A DNA stretch of 64,000 bases from Desulfobacterales bacterium (GTDB lineage: Bacteria; Desulfobacterota; Desulfobacteria; Desulfobacterales; UBA5616): contig JAWODC010000092.1 in assembly GCA_046483495.1 (NCBI GenBank), positions 32,001 to 96,000 of the forward strand, written 5' to 3'. Of the stretch, positions 48,515 to 58,800 are shown piece by piece. The notes under the pieces were generated by a model. It ran no database searches. It had not been told where the DNA came from and worked only from the letters and a program-made list of their open reading frames with translations. Positions within the stretch are counted from its first letter, which is position 1, and the number at the start of each line of letters is the position of its first letter. The position numbers were made by a program, and so were the translations under genes.

Positions 48515-49441
48515 TTAACGTTCTTCTCTGGGCACGTAAGCACCGGCCGACATCGGCAGATCGGGAAGGGGGCTCAAAATTTTGTCGATGTTCTGTGCGA
48601 TTTCATCGATGGTAAACATGCCGCCGTCTTTCTCGACCCCTTCGGAAACGGCCATTTTAAACTCGCTGATCTTGTTTCCCTTGATGCCGCCGTGGCTGGC
48701 CATTACGCGTCCGGTTAAATCTTTGGCCAATTCCGACGCCAGGTAAACGGCCAACCGGGCCGTAGGAAGCACCGAACTGACCTCTTCCAATTTTTCACCT
48801 TCTTTGGCGCGATTTTCGGCTCCCGGAATCGTGGCTACCAGCCGTGTGAATCCGCTGGGGCTGACGCAGTTCACCCGGATGCCGTATCGTGCCAGTTCCA
48901 TCGCGGCTATTTTGGTGATGCCGTATATCGCCAGCTTTGCAGCACCATAATTGCTTTGCCCGAAATTGCCGCATAATCCGGACACGGATGTCGTGTTGAT
49001 AATGACGCCGCCGGTTCCCTGGGTCCGCATAATCCGGGCTCCGGCCCGGGTGCACAGGTAGGTTCCTTTGGCGTGAACGCGCATCACGATATCCCAGTCC
49101 GCTTCCTGCATATTCAAAAGGGTTCTGTCACGCAGGATGCCGGCATTGTTGATCAGGATATCCAGCTTGCCGAATTTTGACAGTGCCGTCCACATCAAGG
49201 TATCCACACCGTCAAGGACGCTGATGTCGGAAAAATCTGCTACGGCAGCACCGCCTGCCTCCTTGATTTCGTTTGCCACCACACTGGCGACGCTGGCGTC
49301 GGAACCTTTGCCGTCAGCGGTTCCACCCAAGTCGTTGACCACCACCTTGGCGCCCTCCTCGGCCAGCAGCATGGCCTCGGCCCTGCCGACGCCCCTGCCG
49401 GCGCCGGTGACGACTGCCACTTTTCCATCAAATAATCCCAT
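48515..49441 (-). CDS. Short-chain dehydrogenase/reductase (hydroxyacyl-CoA dehydrogenase-like)
   Basis: TGAGRGVG, VVVNDLG, NNAGILRD and YGAAK motifs; AAGGAG RBS before ATG 49441. Confidence 0.92.
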   Translation of the reverse strand: MGLFDGKVAVVTGAGRGVGRAEAMLLAEEGAKVVVNDLGGTADGKGSDASVASVVANEIKEAGGAAVADFSDISVLDGVDTLMWTALSKFGKLDILINNAGILRDRTLLNMQEADWDIVMRVHAKGTYLCTRAGARIMRTQGTGGVIINTTSVSGLCGNFGQSNYGAAKLAIYGITKIAAMELARYGIRVNCVSPSGFTRLVATIPGAENRAKEGEKLEEVSSVLPTARLAVYLASELAKDLTGRVMASHGGIKGNKISEFKMAVSEGVEKDGGMFTIDEIAQNIDKILSPLPDLPMSAGAYVPREER

Positions 49442-49476
49442 TATGTGCTCCTTTCGCATTGATGTGATTGGTGAAT

Positions 49477-49621
49477 AGGTGCCCATTCCGAAACGGCTGA
49501 TTCGCTCCATTTTAACGTTGAACGGAAAATATCGATCCTCGGAATACCTAACGTATTCCTGCGGTAAATATTCCCTTTCACTTGAACTGAATCGAATTTT
49601 TTCATTTCCGGATGGACACCG
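49477..49621 (+). repeat. ~146-bp palindromic element, divergent A-type copy
   Basis: GGTGCCCATTCCGAAACGG ... CATTTCCGGATGGACACC with conserved internal blocks. Confidence 0.85.
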
Positions 49622-49792
49622 AATCAATTATATGTTTTGGAAGTGAAACTGCACGGCGAGGATAACAACAGCCGTTTTGTAAAATTCGGTTTAGGAGAAC
49701 GTTTTTCTTTGATCGTTTGTACAAAATCAGGGAAAAAGAGTCAAGCATGTCCAGTCCAAAAATAATATAAAGGTGATTTATTTTCCAGGGAG

Positions 49793-51484
49793 GTGGCGCA
49801 GATGATATGCTCAAGGGGCAAATACCGGACGCTGCTGTTTATGCTTTTGGCCGCATTGTGTTTTTCTACTGTTGGTGAGGCTTCTTCGACCACTGCAAAA
49901 AATGTAATCGTTCTGATCGCGGACGGCTGCAGCGCTGAACAGTTCACATTAGCCAGATGGATAAAAAAGGAGGCGCTTTCATTGGACAGGGTCCTGGTCG
50001 GTGCCGTAAAAACCCACATCGCGGATTCCGTGGTGGCCGATTCCGCGCCCGCCGCAACCGCCTATGCAACCGGTGTCAGGACCTTTGACAAGTGCATCGG
50101 CGTAGGACCGGATTGCCTGTCCGGCTCGGATTCGACATCCGGTTCAGCGGTTTGCCGGCCGATGGCTACGGTTCTCGAAGGGGCGAAGCTGCTGGGAAAG
50201 GCGACGGGTATCGTCGTCACCAGCCGGATTTCCCATGCCACGCCCGCGGCCTTTGCCGCACATGTTCCGCATCGGGGCCGGGAAGAGGACATTGCCGAGC
50301 AGATCGTCTATCAGAATATCGATGTGGTGTTCGGCGGTGGTTCAGAGTACCTTCTGCCGATGAATGCGGGCGGCAAACGGAACGATGGAGAAAATCTGAT
50401 GAACGTTTTGAAAAAAAGAGGCGTTCGCATCGTCGGCACCGCACAAGAAATGGCTGACGTACACTCCGGCAGCGTATACGGCTTATTTTCAAAGGGTCAT
50501 ATGCCGGCTGAAATCGATCGGCAAAACACGGCTCCCGGCGTGCCGTCATTGCCTTCCATGACAAGAAAGGCACTCGAGATTCTGTCACAGGACCCGGACG
50601 GGTTTTTTCTCATGGTGGAAGGCAGTCAGATCGATTGGGCATGCCATGCCAACGATCCGGCCCACATGATCGGAGACGTGCTGGCTTTTGAAGAAGCCGC
50701 ATCCGTATGTCTGAAATTTGCCGAAGAAAACGGCCGAACGCTGGTGCTGGCCCTTTCCGATCACAACACCGGCGGTTTTTCCATCGGCAATTATCGTACG
50801 AGTTTTTCATATTCCCAAATAACAACGGAACAGCTGCTGGACCCGTTAACGAAAATGGGGGCATCGGCTTTCATGCTGTGGAAAAGAATAGAGCAGAAAC
50901 GAACACCGGAACAGGTTGTCTCTGTGGTGAAAAACGGATGGGGCATGACGATTCGGCCGGAGGATGGTGCGGCGGTTTTGGCCAGGGCAGACCGATACAG
51001 GGCCTATGGAACACCCCATTATGCGCTCGGCGAGATCTTATGCCCTGAATACACCTGTATCGGATGGTCCACCCACGGGCATACGGGCGGCGATGTCCCG
51101 TTGTACGCCTATGGGCCGAAAAGCCCGGCCGGCGTTTTGGATGCCCCGGACGTGGGGCGCCTTTGCGCACAGGCAATGGGGTTCGATCTTGAACGAACGA
51201 CCCGGCGCCTTTATGCGGACGTTCAGGAGGTCCTTCCGCATGCCGGAGTTATGCTGGACCGCAAAAAACCGGCCAACCCGGTGCTTCGGGTGCAGGTCGG
51301 CCATGTGCGGTATCGATTTTTCCTGAACAAGAATCGGATGGTCACCCCGGATTCAGTGATAACACTCGAGGCACCGGTGATCTACATGGCCGAGTCCCGC
51401 CGGGCCTATTTACCGATGCAGGCGCTCGGCCTGATGGAACCCGGGTTGTTGCCGCTTCCGGACATTGAAGCAAATTCATCCTGA
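49793..51484 (+). CDS. Alkaline phosphatase (PhoA-like)
   Basis: IADG, DSAPAATA (catalytic Ser), HATPA, EGSQIDWACH, SDH and GHTG motifs; signal peptide. Confidence 0.92.
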   Translation: MAQMICSRGKYRTLLFMLLAALCFSTVGEASSTTAKNVIVLIADGCSAEQFTLARWIKKEALSLDRVLVGAVKTHIADSVVADSAPAATAYATGVRTFDKCIGVGPDCLSGSDSTSGSAVCRPMATVLEGAKLLGKATGIVVTSRISHATPAAFAAHVPHRGREEDIAEQIVYQNIDVVFGGGSEYLLPMNAGGKRNDGENLMNVLKKRGVRIVGTAQEMADVHSGSVYGLFSKGHMPAEIDRQNTAPGVPSLPSMTRKALEILSQDPDGFFLMVEGSQIDWACHANDPAHMIGDVLAFEEAASVCLKFAEENGRTLVLALSDHNTGGFSIGNYRTSFSYSQITTEQLLDPLTKMGASAFMLWKRIEQKRTPEQVVSVVKNGWGMTIRPEDGAAVLARADRYRAYGTPHYALGEILCPEYTCIGWSTHGHTGGDVPLYAYGPKSPAGVLDAPDVGRLCAQAMGFDLERTTRRLYADVQEVLPHAGVMLDRKKPANPVLRVQVGHVRYRFFLNKNRMVTPDSVITLEAPVIYMAESRRAYLPMQALGLMEPGLLPLPDIEANSS

Positions 51485-51551
51485 TCTAAAAAAGGATATC
51501 GTTCTATTCATAATGCTTACCCGAAATCGATTGCTTGGGAGAAGCTGTAAA

Positions 51552-51868
51552 ATGTCGAACGGCACTCTTCCGGGATTTACGGATTGTCTGCTGCGGATGA
51601 ACGGATTGGATCGCTACGGATTTCCCAAATAGTTGTTTTTGCCGGGAATGAAATTCAATGACGTTCAAAAATGGTGGGCCGAAGGAAACCGTTTGACGGC
51701 CCACGGCGGTCTGGATGTGAGCCTTTTCGAGGATCGGTTCGGAAAGACTTGCCGGCTGAGTGCCGGAAACGGTGTGCCGGTCGTCCAAGACGGCACGGTG
51801 AAGGCGGTTTTGAACGATTTCCCGGGCATGACGGTGTTGTGTTGCATGATGATTTCAGGCATCTTTGA
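51552..51868 (+). pseudogene. Disrupted fragment of an M23-peptidase-like gene
   Basis: ATG 51552, in-frame TAG at 51630-51632, then LFLPGMKF..KWW..R..HGGLD (HxxxD)...VP...G.V; apparent frameshift near 51840 and truncation at the convergent gene. Confidence 0.5.
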
Positions 51869-52769
51869 CCATCCAGACGTAAAATTCCGGCTTTTTTTTA
51901 AACCCGACACCGACAGCGCCGTCTTCAGGATAGAGGACCCAGGCATATGCCGGATCGATCATGCTGGAGGTGGAAGACCAATAACCGTCCCGAACATGGT
52001 AAAAGGGATGGTTGGCCGAAAGTGCCGGGGTATGAAACCTCATATCGCAAAGGCTTTCCAGTTCGCGTATATTGGGCAGGCGCCATGGGGGGCTTTCGTC
52101 CGCGGCCGTCCGGTTTGCCTGTTCAACGGTGGAAAAGGCCGAATCCCAGGAAACCGGGGCGCCGGTCGCATCCGCCCGTTTTTGCCATACCAGATGACCT
52201 TGCCGATCCAGAATAGTCGTACCGCTTGCGATGAATCTCGAGTTTTCTATCGACCGTGGTCGGCTGCCCCGCACGGGCCAGACCATGTACGATCCGTGTT
52301 TCATGCCCTTGAACACTCTTCCTCCGCCCAAATGGACATACCAGGCCTGGTCGGGCAGGCGGGCACAGGATGTGCCGGTCCAGTAATAGCCGTTGAATAC
52401 ATTCGTGAAGGGGTGAGGTTCGGGAAGTGCGGGATTGACAGTGTCGTGGCTGATCAGTGAGAAAAGATCGGATCGCGTGGGAAGACGCCATCGGCGGGCG
52501 CTGTCTCGGAGCGTCCGGTTCATCTCCTCGACATATTCCGCGGCTTCATGCCAGGTGAGGGGTACATCGGTAAGAGCGGCGTTTTGCGTCCATTCCAAAC
52601 CGGTCAGACGGTCCAGAACAGAATCCTTCATTCCTGCGGTAAACCGGGGAACGGGCCACCCGATCCCGGCATTCACATCTGCGTCCTGGCCGGTTCCCTG
52701 ACAGTCCACCGGCGTCCCATCAGAACGGAAGCACCGGGTCTGATCGGTTTTCATGACGAAACTGTGCAT
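51855..52769 (-). CDS. Tandem DUF1566 (Lcl C-terminal) domain protein
   Basis: Two repeats of D..TGL.W / WRLP...L.SL / YW(T/S)(G/S)T / AW.V. Confidence 0.85.
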   Translation of the reverse strand: MHSFVMKTDQTRCFRSDGTPVDCQGTGQDADVNAGIGWPVPRFTAGMKDSVLDRLTGLEWTQNAALTDVPLTWHEAAEYVEEMNRTLRDSARRWRLPTRSDLFSLISHDTVNPALPEPHPFTNVFNGYYWTGTSCARLPDQAWYVHLGGGRVFKGMKHGSYMVWPVRGSRPRSIENSRFIASGTTILDRQGHLVWQKRADATGAPVSWDSAFSTVEQANRTAADESPPWRLPNIRELESLCDMRFHTPALSANHPFYHVRDGYWSSTSSMIDPAYAWVLYPEDGAVGVGFKKKPEFYVWMVKDA

Positions 52770-52919
52770 AGCAAAATCCTGAAGAGTCTAACCTGAAATT
52801 ATAAATAAAAAGATATACTATTTTACGCAAGCGAAAAAAAATGTTACAAGCCGGTGAAACGTTCTGAGAAAGACGATATGCCACCCATCGACATCTTCCG
52901 ATCACCAAGAGAACGACAC

Positions 52920-54446
52920 ATGAAATCGCCGAAAACACCACGAGATTTTCCCATTGCCTACTTAAAAGATGCCTCGGCGTGGATTTCATTCGCGCACGAT
53001 TTAAATCATCTCCTCGAACTGATCCTTGAAACCGGTACGAAAATCATGAACGCCCGGGCAAGTTCACTGCTCCTGCTGGACCGAAAAACGAATAAACTTC
53101 ATTTCAGAGTGGCGACCGGCGAAAAAAAGGAGGCGGTCAAACATTTTGCAGTGAAGTTGGGGCAGGGAATAGCGGGTCAGGTCGCCCAGACCGGAATTCC
53201 CCTGTTGATTTCAGATGCCTCCGAAGATTCACGGTGGTATGGACATATCAGCGAAAAAATCGGGTTCGTCACCCGCTCGATTATTTGCGCGCCGCTGAAA
53301 GTCGAAGATACGATCATCGGCGCCATTGAATTTATCAACAAAGACGGCGGGGGCCCATTTAGAAAAAACGATCTCGATCTCTTGTGCGTGTTCGCCGATC
53401 TGGCCGCCCTTGCGATTGTCAATGCACGAAAATTTCAGCAGGTGGAACGTGAGAACAGACGGCTGCAACAAGTGCTCGATACCACCCACACCATTATCGG
53501 TGAAAGCAGAGCGATCAAACAGGTGATATCCGATGCCTTGAAGGTGGCACAATCGAATGCCGTTACGATGATCATGGGGGAGAGCGGAACGGGAAAAGAA
53601 CTTCTGGCGCGTCTGATTCATTATTCCAGCCCAAGGAGACAGCGCTCGATGGTTGCGTTGAATTGTGCCGCCCTTCAGGAAACCCTGTTGGAGGACGAAT
53701 TGTTCGGACACGAAAAAGGCGCCTTTACGGATGCCGCCGCCAAAAAGATCGGCAAGTTCGAACTGGCTGATGAGAGCACAATTTTTTTCGATGAAATCGG
53801 TGAGATGAGTCCATCCATGCAGGCAAAACTGCTTCGGGTTTTGCAGGACGGCGTATTCTATCGGGTGGGCGGTAATTTGCCCATTTCGGTAAACGTTCGC
53901 ATTTTATCTGCGACAAATAAAAATATTCGAAAAGAGATTGCCGAAGGTCGATTCCGGGAAGATTTATATTACCGCCTCAATGTCGTGTCCCTTTCCATAC
54001 CCCCGTTGAGAGAGCGCAAAGAGGACATCCCATTGCTGGCAAAGCATTTCGCCGATATGTTTATGAGAGAACGTGCCGGTAAAGAGGCCGTCATCTCCAC
54101 GGCGGCAATGGAAAAAATGATGCACTATGATTGGCCCGGCAACATCAGGGAAATGAAAAACATAATCGAGCGGGCCGTCGTCATGGGAAGCGGGACGACC
54201 ATAAGACCGGAGGATTTGACCATGCCGGGGAAAAAAATCCGCACGCTTCATGCAATGCCTTCCGGAAAAACCTTGCGGGAAGCTGTAGATACTTTCAAGA
54301 AAAACTACATTGCCTCGCAGCTGCATGCGGCAAACGGCAATCAGAAACAGGCCGCCCGGACGCTTGGGATCCAACGCACCTATCTCTCCCGCCTCATCGC
54401 TCAGTATCGACTCAAGGAAGAAAATCCGTCCCGGAATAGCAATTAA
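52920..54446 (+). CDS. Sigma54-dependent transcriptional activator (GAF + AAA+ + Fis-type HTH)
   Basis: GESGTGKE, ELFGHEKGAFTDA, FDEIGE, FREDLYYRLNV and WPGNIRE motifs; C-terminal HTH. Confidence 0.95.
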   Translation: MKSPKTPRDFPIAYLKDASAWISFAHDLNHLLELILETGTKIMNARASSLLLLDRKTNKLHFRVATGEKKEAVKHFAVKLGQGIAGQVAQTGIPLLISDASEDSRWYGHISEKIGFVTRSIICAPLKVEDTIIGAIEFINKDGGGPFRKNDLDLLCVFADLAALAIVNARKFQQVERENRRLQQVLDTTHTIIGESRAIKQVISDALKVAQSNAVTMIMGESGTGKELLARLIHYSSPRRQRSMVALNCAALQETLLEDELFGHEKGAFTDAAAKKIGKFELADESTIFFDEIGEMSPSMQAKLLRVLQDGVFYRVGGNLPISVNVRILSATNKNIRKEIAEGRFREDLYYRLNVVSLSIPPLRERKEDIPLLAKHFADMFMRERAGKEAVISTAAMEKMMHYDWPGNIREMKNIIERAVVMGSGTTIRPEDLTMPGKKIRTLHAMPSGKTLREAVDTFKKNYIASQLHAANGNQKQAARTLGIQRTYLSRLIAQYRLKEENPSRNSN

Positions 54447-54789
54447 CAAGGAATGCCGGCAAAAGCCGATAAGCGTTATTTTTTATTTTATCGGCATGCC
54501 TTGACCGAGAGGCGGGCAATCTGTTTTTGTGCACCACTGTATGATTTTGTATAACTTACGGTTACAAAAGGATACATGTGTATTCACCTCCAAATATGTT
54601 TCATTCAGCGTTCGAGTGCGCTGTCCTGGCCTTTCATATGCTTGCCGATACACAAAGTTACAGAGTTTTTTTTGTGGCGCAACCCACCGTATTATAAATA
54701 AAAGTATGTTCAATGAACCTTTATGGTCGAAATTGGAGCCGGAAAAAATTTCTCATGCCGCAAAGCGTGCCCCGGTCATAATGTTTATT

Positions 54790-54804
54790 TGGCATCATAA
54801 TTGC
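54790..54804 (+). promoter_or_regulatory. Sigma54 (-24/-12) promoter
   Basis: TGGCATC-ATAA-TTGC, consensus spacing, directly downstream of a sigma54 activator gene. Confidence 0.8.
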
Positions 54805-54815
54805 TTATAAAATCA

Positions 54816-55160
54816 CCGTAAGTGAATAACATCGTTAAACCACTAAACACAGATAATCGAAGGGGGGTGATAATGAACGCATAAATGTGGGGAAGAAAGG
54901 GAAAAGTGATTTGATGGATTCACAGAACGAAAACTCACAGGAGGTTTATTCTACGGCTTTATCGAATCAGAGGGGAAAAGTTAAAACGTGCCGGCGGGAA
55001 ATCGGAATGCCCAGCAGGGTTCTCATCAACGGCCGTGAAGAAGGCGTTCTGCCGGGGACGAGCGGTCGTCGATACCGGCATACCTGATCCGAATCTGAAT
55101 GATATTTTCCCGTTCGGAAACCAAAAATACCGCTTTGGTGCAAACCAAAGCGGTATTTTT
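54816..55160 (+). ncRNA. Candidate sigma54-dependent small RNA (GGA-rich)
   Basis: Bounded by a sigma54 promoter and a strong terminator; no convincing protein ORF; nine GGA triplets. Confidence 0.4.
55123..55160 (+). terminator. Intrinsic terminator
   Basis: AAAAATACCGCTTTGGT-GCAA-ACCAAAGCGGTATTTTT. Confidence 0.85.
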
Positions 55161-55179
55161 CATTGACAAACTCCGCTGA

Positions 55180-55213
55180 AATTAAAATACCGGCATAATT
55201 AAAATACCGGCAT
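55180..55213 (+). repeat. Perfect 17-bp tandem duplication
   Basis: AATTAAAATACCGGCAT twice in tandem. Confidence 0.9.
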
Positions 55214-55333
55214 TTCGTATGGTGAATAAATGAATTCCCCTATGGCAATTTGGCTTCGTCACGACTATAGATGTTAGAAAACCCACCCGAGCCGAGATGC
55301 GGCGCAACTTGGGAAATAAACGAGGAGACCGAT

Positions 55334-55777
55334 ATGTTTGGCAAAATTTTATTTCCAGTGGACCTTTCTGAGAATATGTATAAAATTCAGCCCGTCGTTA
55401 TTGAAATGGCGGACAAATTCAATTCGGAGATTCACTGCGTGTACTGCTTGCATGTCGCCATGTACTACTCGCATATCGGTCTCTCCGTGGCCTATGTGGC
55501 GGATTTTGAAAATCAGGCACGTGCAGAAGTCGAAAAAAAGCTGAAAAAATTCACGGCCGAAAACTTCCAAGGCCGCCGAATTCATTCCAAGATCCTGTCC
55601 GGGCGGCCCGGAGATGAAATCGTTCGTTATATTCATTCGGAAAATATGGACCTGGTTGTCATGGGACACAGCAGCACGGGTATTGAAAGGGCTTTATTGG
55701 GCAGTGTGGCGGCCCATGTCGTCAAGTATTCACCCGTACCGGTAATGGTCATCAGCCCTGGAGTACTGAAGGATTGA
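55334..55777 (+). CDS. Universal stress protein
   Basis: KILFPVD, DLVVMG and LGSVA..VV..SPVPV motifs; GAGGAG RBS. Confidence 0.92.
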   Translation: MFGKILFPVDLSENMYKIQPVVIEMADKFNSEIHCVYCLHVAMYYSHIGLSVAYVADFENQARAEVEKKLKKFTAENFQGRRIHSKILSGRPGDEIVRYIHSENMDLVVMGHSSTGIERALLGSVAAHVVKYSPVPVMVISPGVLKD

Positions 55778-55802
55778 CAATCGAACCGCACACTGCTGTT
55801 CG

Positions 55803-58800
55803 TCATATCCCCATCTCGATCGGCATGGGAACGGAGCAGGTCACCGGGAATTCTTTCATTTGGCCCGGCCCGATGACATATTCCTGTTCATTGTGGCTGA
55901 TTTTGATCGGCGGCTGATCACTGGGCAGGACGTATATTCTCAGGGTCTCTGAATCAACATCGATTTCCAATGTGTGACCCCTGTAACGAAGATGCATATG
56001 GAAAAATTCAAGCTCTTCGGGCAGACAGGGGTTGAACCGAAGCACCCTGTCCCTCACTTCGAGTCCCGTGTATCCCCGGGTGACCATGTCCACGGTTCCG
56101 GCCATGGCGCCGAGATGAATGCCTTCTTTCGTAGTGCCGCCCTGTATGTCTTCGATATCACTTTTCAGCGCCTCGCAGAAATGGCTCCAGGAGCCGGCCC
56201 GCGTGGCCCGGGCAAGAACCCACGAATGCACCACCCGGCTCAGGGTGGATCCATGGGAGGTGCGCTTTAAATAGTACGATATTGTTTTTGGAATCCATTC
56301 AGGGTCGAAGGTATACCCCAATCGGTCGAAAAGCCTATCGAGTTCCTCGGCGGACAACAGATAAAAGAGCATCAGGGTATCGGCCTGCTTGGACAACTTA
56401 TAGCGGTTGGGCGTATCCCCCTCCGCCTCGAGAATGCGGTCGAGACGGTGGATGTCGCCGTATTTTGCCCTGTATTTCGGCCAGTCGAATTCTTCCAGTT
56501 TGTCGAATCCCTCGAATTGGGCGAGGACGTTGTCTTCGATAAACACAACCTTCATTTTCCTGCTGACGGCATCCCATCGCCGCATTTCAGCCGAATTCAA
56601 ATTCAGCTTGGAGCAAAGTTGAAGCCGCCGCTCCAATGGAATGATGTCCAGCATCCAGAGCGCTCGACTGAGGACCCAAACGGTCATGACATTGGTGTAC
56701 GTATTGTTGTTCAAACCCGGCTCATCGGAATCGGGGTAAGCATCGTGATATTCATCCGGCCCCATGACGTTTTTCATTTCATACCGGTTCGAGGCCTTAT
56801 CGTAGGACGTTAGACTTGCCAGAAAACGGGCGATTTCAAGCAGCATTTCCGCACCGTAAAACGACATGAATTCGATATCATCGGTTACTTGATAATAAAG
56901 CCAGAGATTGTAGGCGATAGCGATGTTGACATGCCGCTGCAAATGAGAATTGTCCGGGAGCCACCGGCCGGACTTCGGGTTGTAATGCACCACCTGTGTT
57001 TCTTCACGACCGTTGCTTCCGCTCTGCCAGGGGTACATGGCCCCTTCATGGCCGGCGTTTTTCGCCGCCTGCCGGGCGGCGTCAAGTCGGTAGTAGCGGT
57101 ACATCAAGAGAGAACGGGTGATTTCCGGAAGCCTGAAATTCAAAAACGGGAAGATAAACAGCTCGTCCCAAAAAATATGGCCCCTATAGGCTTCGCCGTG
57201 CCAGCCTCTGGCTGGGACGCCGACGTCGATATCGATGGTGTGAAGGGAAACCGTCTGCAGAATATGAAAGATGTATAAATGGGTGATCAACCCGATGCGA
57301 TTGTCCCCGTCGCGGTTCTCGAACCTGAACTGGACATTGAATCGGCGCCATAGGTGCCACCACGCCCGAATGTGTGTCATGAGCAGATCATGAAACGATC
57401 CGGCTCTCTTCACGGCCGATCGGGCCTCGAGGCCGCATTCGGAGATGGCGTAATCCCGTGACGTATAGAGGGAGACGATTTTTTCCACCGTCAGGGTATC
57501 GCCCGTATGCAGCGATACCCGGGCGGTCTGCTCGATATAGCCTTCCCGAATCTCGTGCTGCCACTGTAATTGTATGGGTTCCAAATTATTGAAAACCCGG
57601 GTTCTGGCGGCAAGTGCCACACGAATATCGGATTGTGAGGTGCGGACTTTGAGGTACAGCGTTTCCGGATTTACGGCAAACGCTTCCATGGGACGGAGAT
57701 GCCGGCTGTTCAGGTCTTTGTAGCGCTCCACTCCCGCGTTGGTCACCGTGCCGTCCAACGCGCTGCGGATATCCACCTCCCCGGACCAGTTTACCGCCAT
57801 CAGGTTGATTTCCTCGGCAGCCATGTGGGCGTTTTCCATGTGGACGAATCGCCTGCAAAACAAAATCGATTCCCGGCCCTGCTTATCACGGAAACGAACC
57901 TCTCGATGCAAAATACCGCTTTTGATGTCCAGTTCCTGCCGGTACATAAGAATATCGACGTGCTTCAGTTCGACCCATCGGCCGCCGTCGATTCGAAATT
58001 GAACCGGAAGCCAGTTCGGCATGTTGACAAGGTCCTCGTTTACTATGATACGGCCCGCCACTTCAGTGCCCAGCCGGTTATAACCTCCTGCAAGATACAT
58101 CCCCGGGTAATGGATGTCGTCGGCATGCGATTCCGCAGCGGCCCCCCGTGTTGCAAAGTAGCCGTTGCCCAGTGTGCAGAGCGCTTCACGGAGACCCTCT
58201 TCGGTCGGTATAAAACCCGTGTAGGTGAGCCACCATTGGTGACGGGTTTCACGTGCGGTGCCGGTCAGAAATTGCAAAAACTGCCGGACCTCCTCCGTAC
58301 TGTCAACGGCGAAATGCGCATAGGTGGGTCGGGAGTGCTTGTCACGGACGATAACGCCAAGGCCGCCGATACGCCCCAACTCTCTGAAAGCGTCTTCATC
58401 CGTCGTGTCATCTCCGATATATATGGGGAGAACATCCGGCCGGTCCAGCTGCAGTTTTTCCAGCAGCCACAGCAGCGCCTTGCCCTTGTGCCAATCTATG
58501 GCGGGTTTTAATTCGAAAACCTTTTTTCCGGTTGATTTGCGGAATTCTTCAAATTCCTCCAGGACCTCATCCAGTCCGGCTTCGATTTTAGGCACATCAT
58601 CATCGGCTGCCTGCCGAAAATGTACAGCTATGGAAAATTTTTTGTGCTCAACCACCGCGCCGTGGATCGGTTCGAGTTTCTTTTTCAATGCCTGTGCGAC
58701 CCGCTCGAGGGCCGGGATAAATTCGGTCCCCTTTTCGTGCCGGATTTGCTGATATCCGGGTGCTGCGATATCGAATCCGTGGCTCCCGCCGTAGAGCAGC

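Noticed and set aside
49442..49627. N-terminal extension of the SDR, and similar short ORFs at 18818-19141, 27439-27624 and 48127-48450
   Set aside because: These are translations through the palindromic repeat element, not genes.
51630..51632. Pyrrolysine read-through of the in-frame TAG
   Set aside because: The frame is also broken downstream and no pyl genes are in view; a nonsense mutation is simpler.
51633..52460. 275-aa plus-strand ORF as a real gene
   Set aside because: Beyond ~70 codons it is the antisense shadow of the DUF1566 gene.
53716..53736. GAFTDA instead of GAFTGA as a sign of an inactive sigma54 activator
   Set aside because: The critical Phe-Thr is kept, this variant is common, and a sigma54 promoter lies just downstream.
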